Made by a program: the position numbers and the translations under genes. A stretch of DNA of 63,944 bases, filler included, from Octopus bimaculoides (taxonomy: Eukaryota): the NCBI RefSeq assembly GCF_001194135.2. It is 11 parts of 9 records of this genome, joined end to end, with 100 filler letters (N's around TTAATTAATTAA, not from the genome) between each part and the next. Parts side by side here need not be neighbours in the genome. Positions count along the whole stretch, not along the records: positions 62,806 to 63,944 come from NW_026351308.1; 10 more parts are not named here. One strand, 5' to 3'. Below are positions 63,110 to 63,944 of the stretch, in pieces; positions within the stretch are counted from its first letter, which is position 1; every line of letters starts with the position of its first letter. The notes under the pieces were generated by a model. The model had not been told where the DNA came from and did no database searches. It was given only the letters and a program-made list of their open reading frames with translations.

Positions 63110-63594
63110 AACTGTAATGGAATCATAATTCTCAGAATCCTATACAAGTTGCCCACCGCCAGAGGTGAACGTGTATATGGTTCCACTAATTACAACTTAA
63201 TGGCAAAAACCAAAGTCTTCGTTTTGGCGCGCTAATTCCGGGAATATGTCTGCAGAAAATAGTTACTGCGTCGCATATATCCACTTTGAGAACTTGGTTA
63301 TGGTTAATCAAATTAAAACATAGGGTAAAAGATCATATATTAATTAATATCGATTTATTACCAGGAAGCTAGCACATTTAAAGAATCAAAGAGATTCAGA
63401 AAAAATATCTGAGATCTTACGGGATTAAAGTATATTTTTATATAACGTTGACCACTAAAGTGGACATTTAATGTGCTAGAAATAGACCATATGTGTCTAC
63501 TAAGACCCAAATTGTTCTCAAAACGAAATTCAGCGAAATACCAAAACGTATGCAGGCAAGACAGTGAAAATTACAGAAATAAAACATTATTAAA

Positions 63595-63615
63595 CACGAA
63601 CTAGTTTCGAACGTG
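63595..63615 (-). pseudogene. Hammerhead remnant; 35-bp deletion removes CUGANGA and most of helix II
   Basis: CACGAACTAGTTTCGAA joins directly to CGTG; compare 63054-63109. Confidence 0.8.
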
Positions 63616-63730
63616 AACTGTAATGGAATCATAATTCTCAGAATCCTATACAAGTTGCTCACCGCCAGAGGTGAACGTGTATAATGTTCTCCAGAAAAAA
63701 AATTCAGTAAATTCAACAAATTTTTAGAAC

Positions 63731-63799
63731 GATTGTGCTGACAAACCACGGACGTTTTTACGTAAGTAAAACAGTTGATGGCGAAACCGGTACACAATC
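63731..63799 (+). ncRNA. Decayed minimal type-I hammerhead of a different family
   Basis: GAUUGUG-CUGACAA-ACCA..UGGC-GAAAC-CG-GU-A-CACAAUC; 7-bp helix I, palindromic ACCGGU, two G-to-A lesions (G8 and G10.1). Confidence 0.65.
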
Positions 63800-63944
63800 A
63801 ATTCTTTATTTTGTCCTGTCCGCCTATGCTCTGGTGTTTGGTGAATTTTTTTGTGGAGAACATTATTTTTCTTTGTGGTTGGGTCGTTGATGATCTTTTT
63901 CTAGCATATTGGATGTCCACCTAGTGGTCATCCCTTCTTATACG

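Larger units (their letters stand above)
62890..63690 (-). mobile_element. Head-to-tail 541-bp repeat (~1.5 units) carrying hammerhead ribozymes; retrozyme or PLE pseudo-LTR-like
   Basis: ATAACGTTGACCACTAAAGTGG at 62901 and 63442; predicted cleavage nucleotides at 63058 and 63599, 541 bp apart. Confidence 0.8.

Overview
Eukaryotic, AT-rich, repeat-saturated draft-assembly sequence. About 8.4 kb (~13%) is assembly gap, including ten 100-bp gaps built as 44N-TTAATTAATTAA-44N. The SINE repertoire, TTAGGG repeats and very dense microsatellites point to an octopus (coleoid cephalopod) genome; this is an inference. No host protein-coding gene, rRNA, true tRNA or CRISPR array can be supported, and nearly all long ORFs in the track are artefacts of N-runs or microsatellites. 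The window holds decayed mobile elements: mariner/Tc1/pogo fragments, RTE, CR1/L2 and R4/Dong LINE pieces, a Penelope-like GIY-YIG fragment, a hAT MITE and four SINE types. The main finding is a set of minimal type-I hammerhead ribozyme (HHR) motifs from several unrelated repeat families. Three have an intact catalytic core (32966-33023, 51127-51172, 63054-63109, all minus strand); at least five more are variant or decayed. One family occurs as a 541-bp head-to-tail repeat (62890-63690) with a diverged copy 30 kb away, and the two ribozymes differ by compensatory base-pair changes. This looks like a cephalopod retrozyme or Penelope pseudo-LTR family that could release a ~541-nt self-cleaved, possibly circular RNA. 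Activity and novelty cannot be tested from sequence alone.
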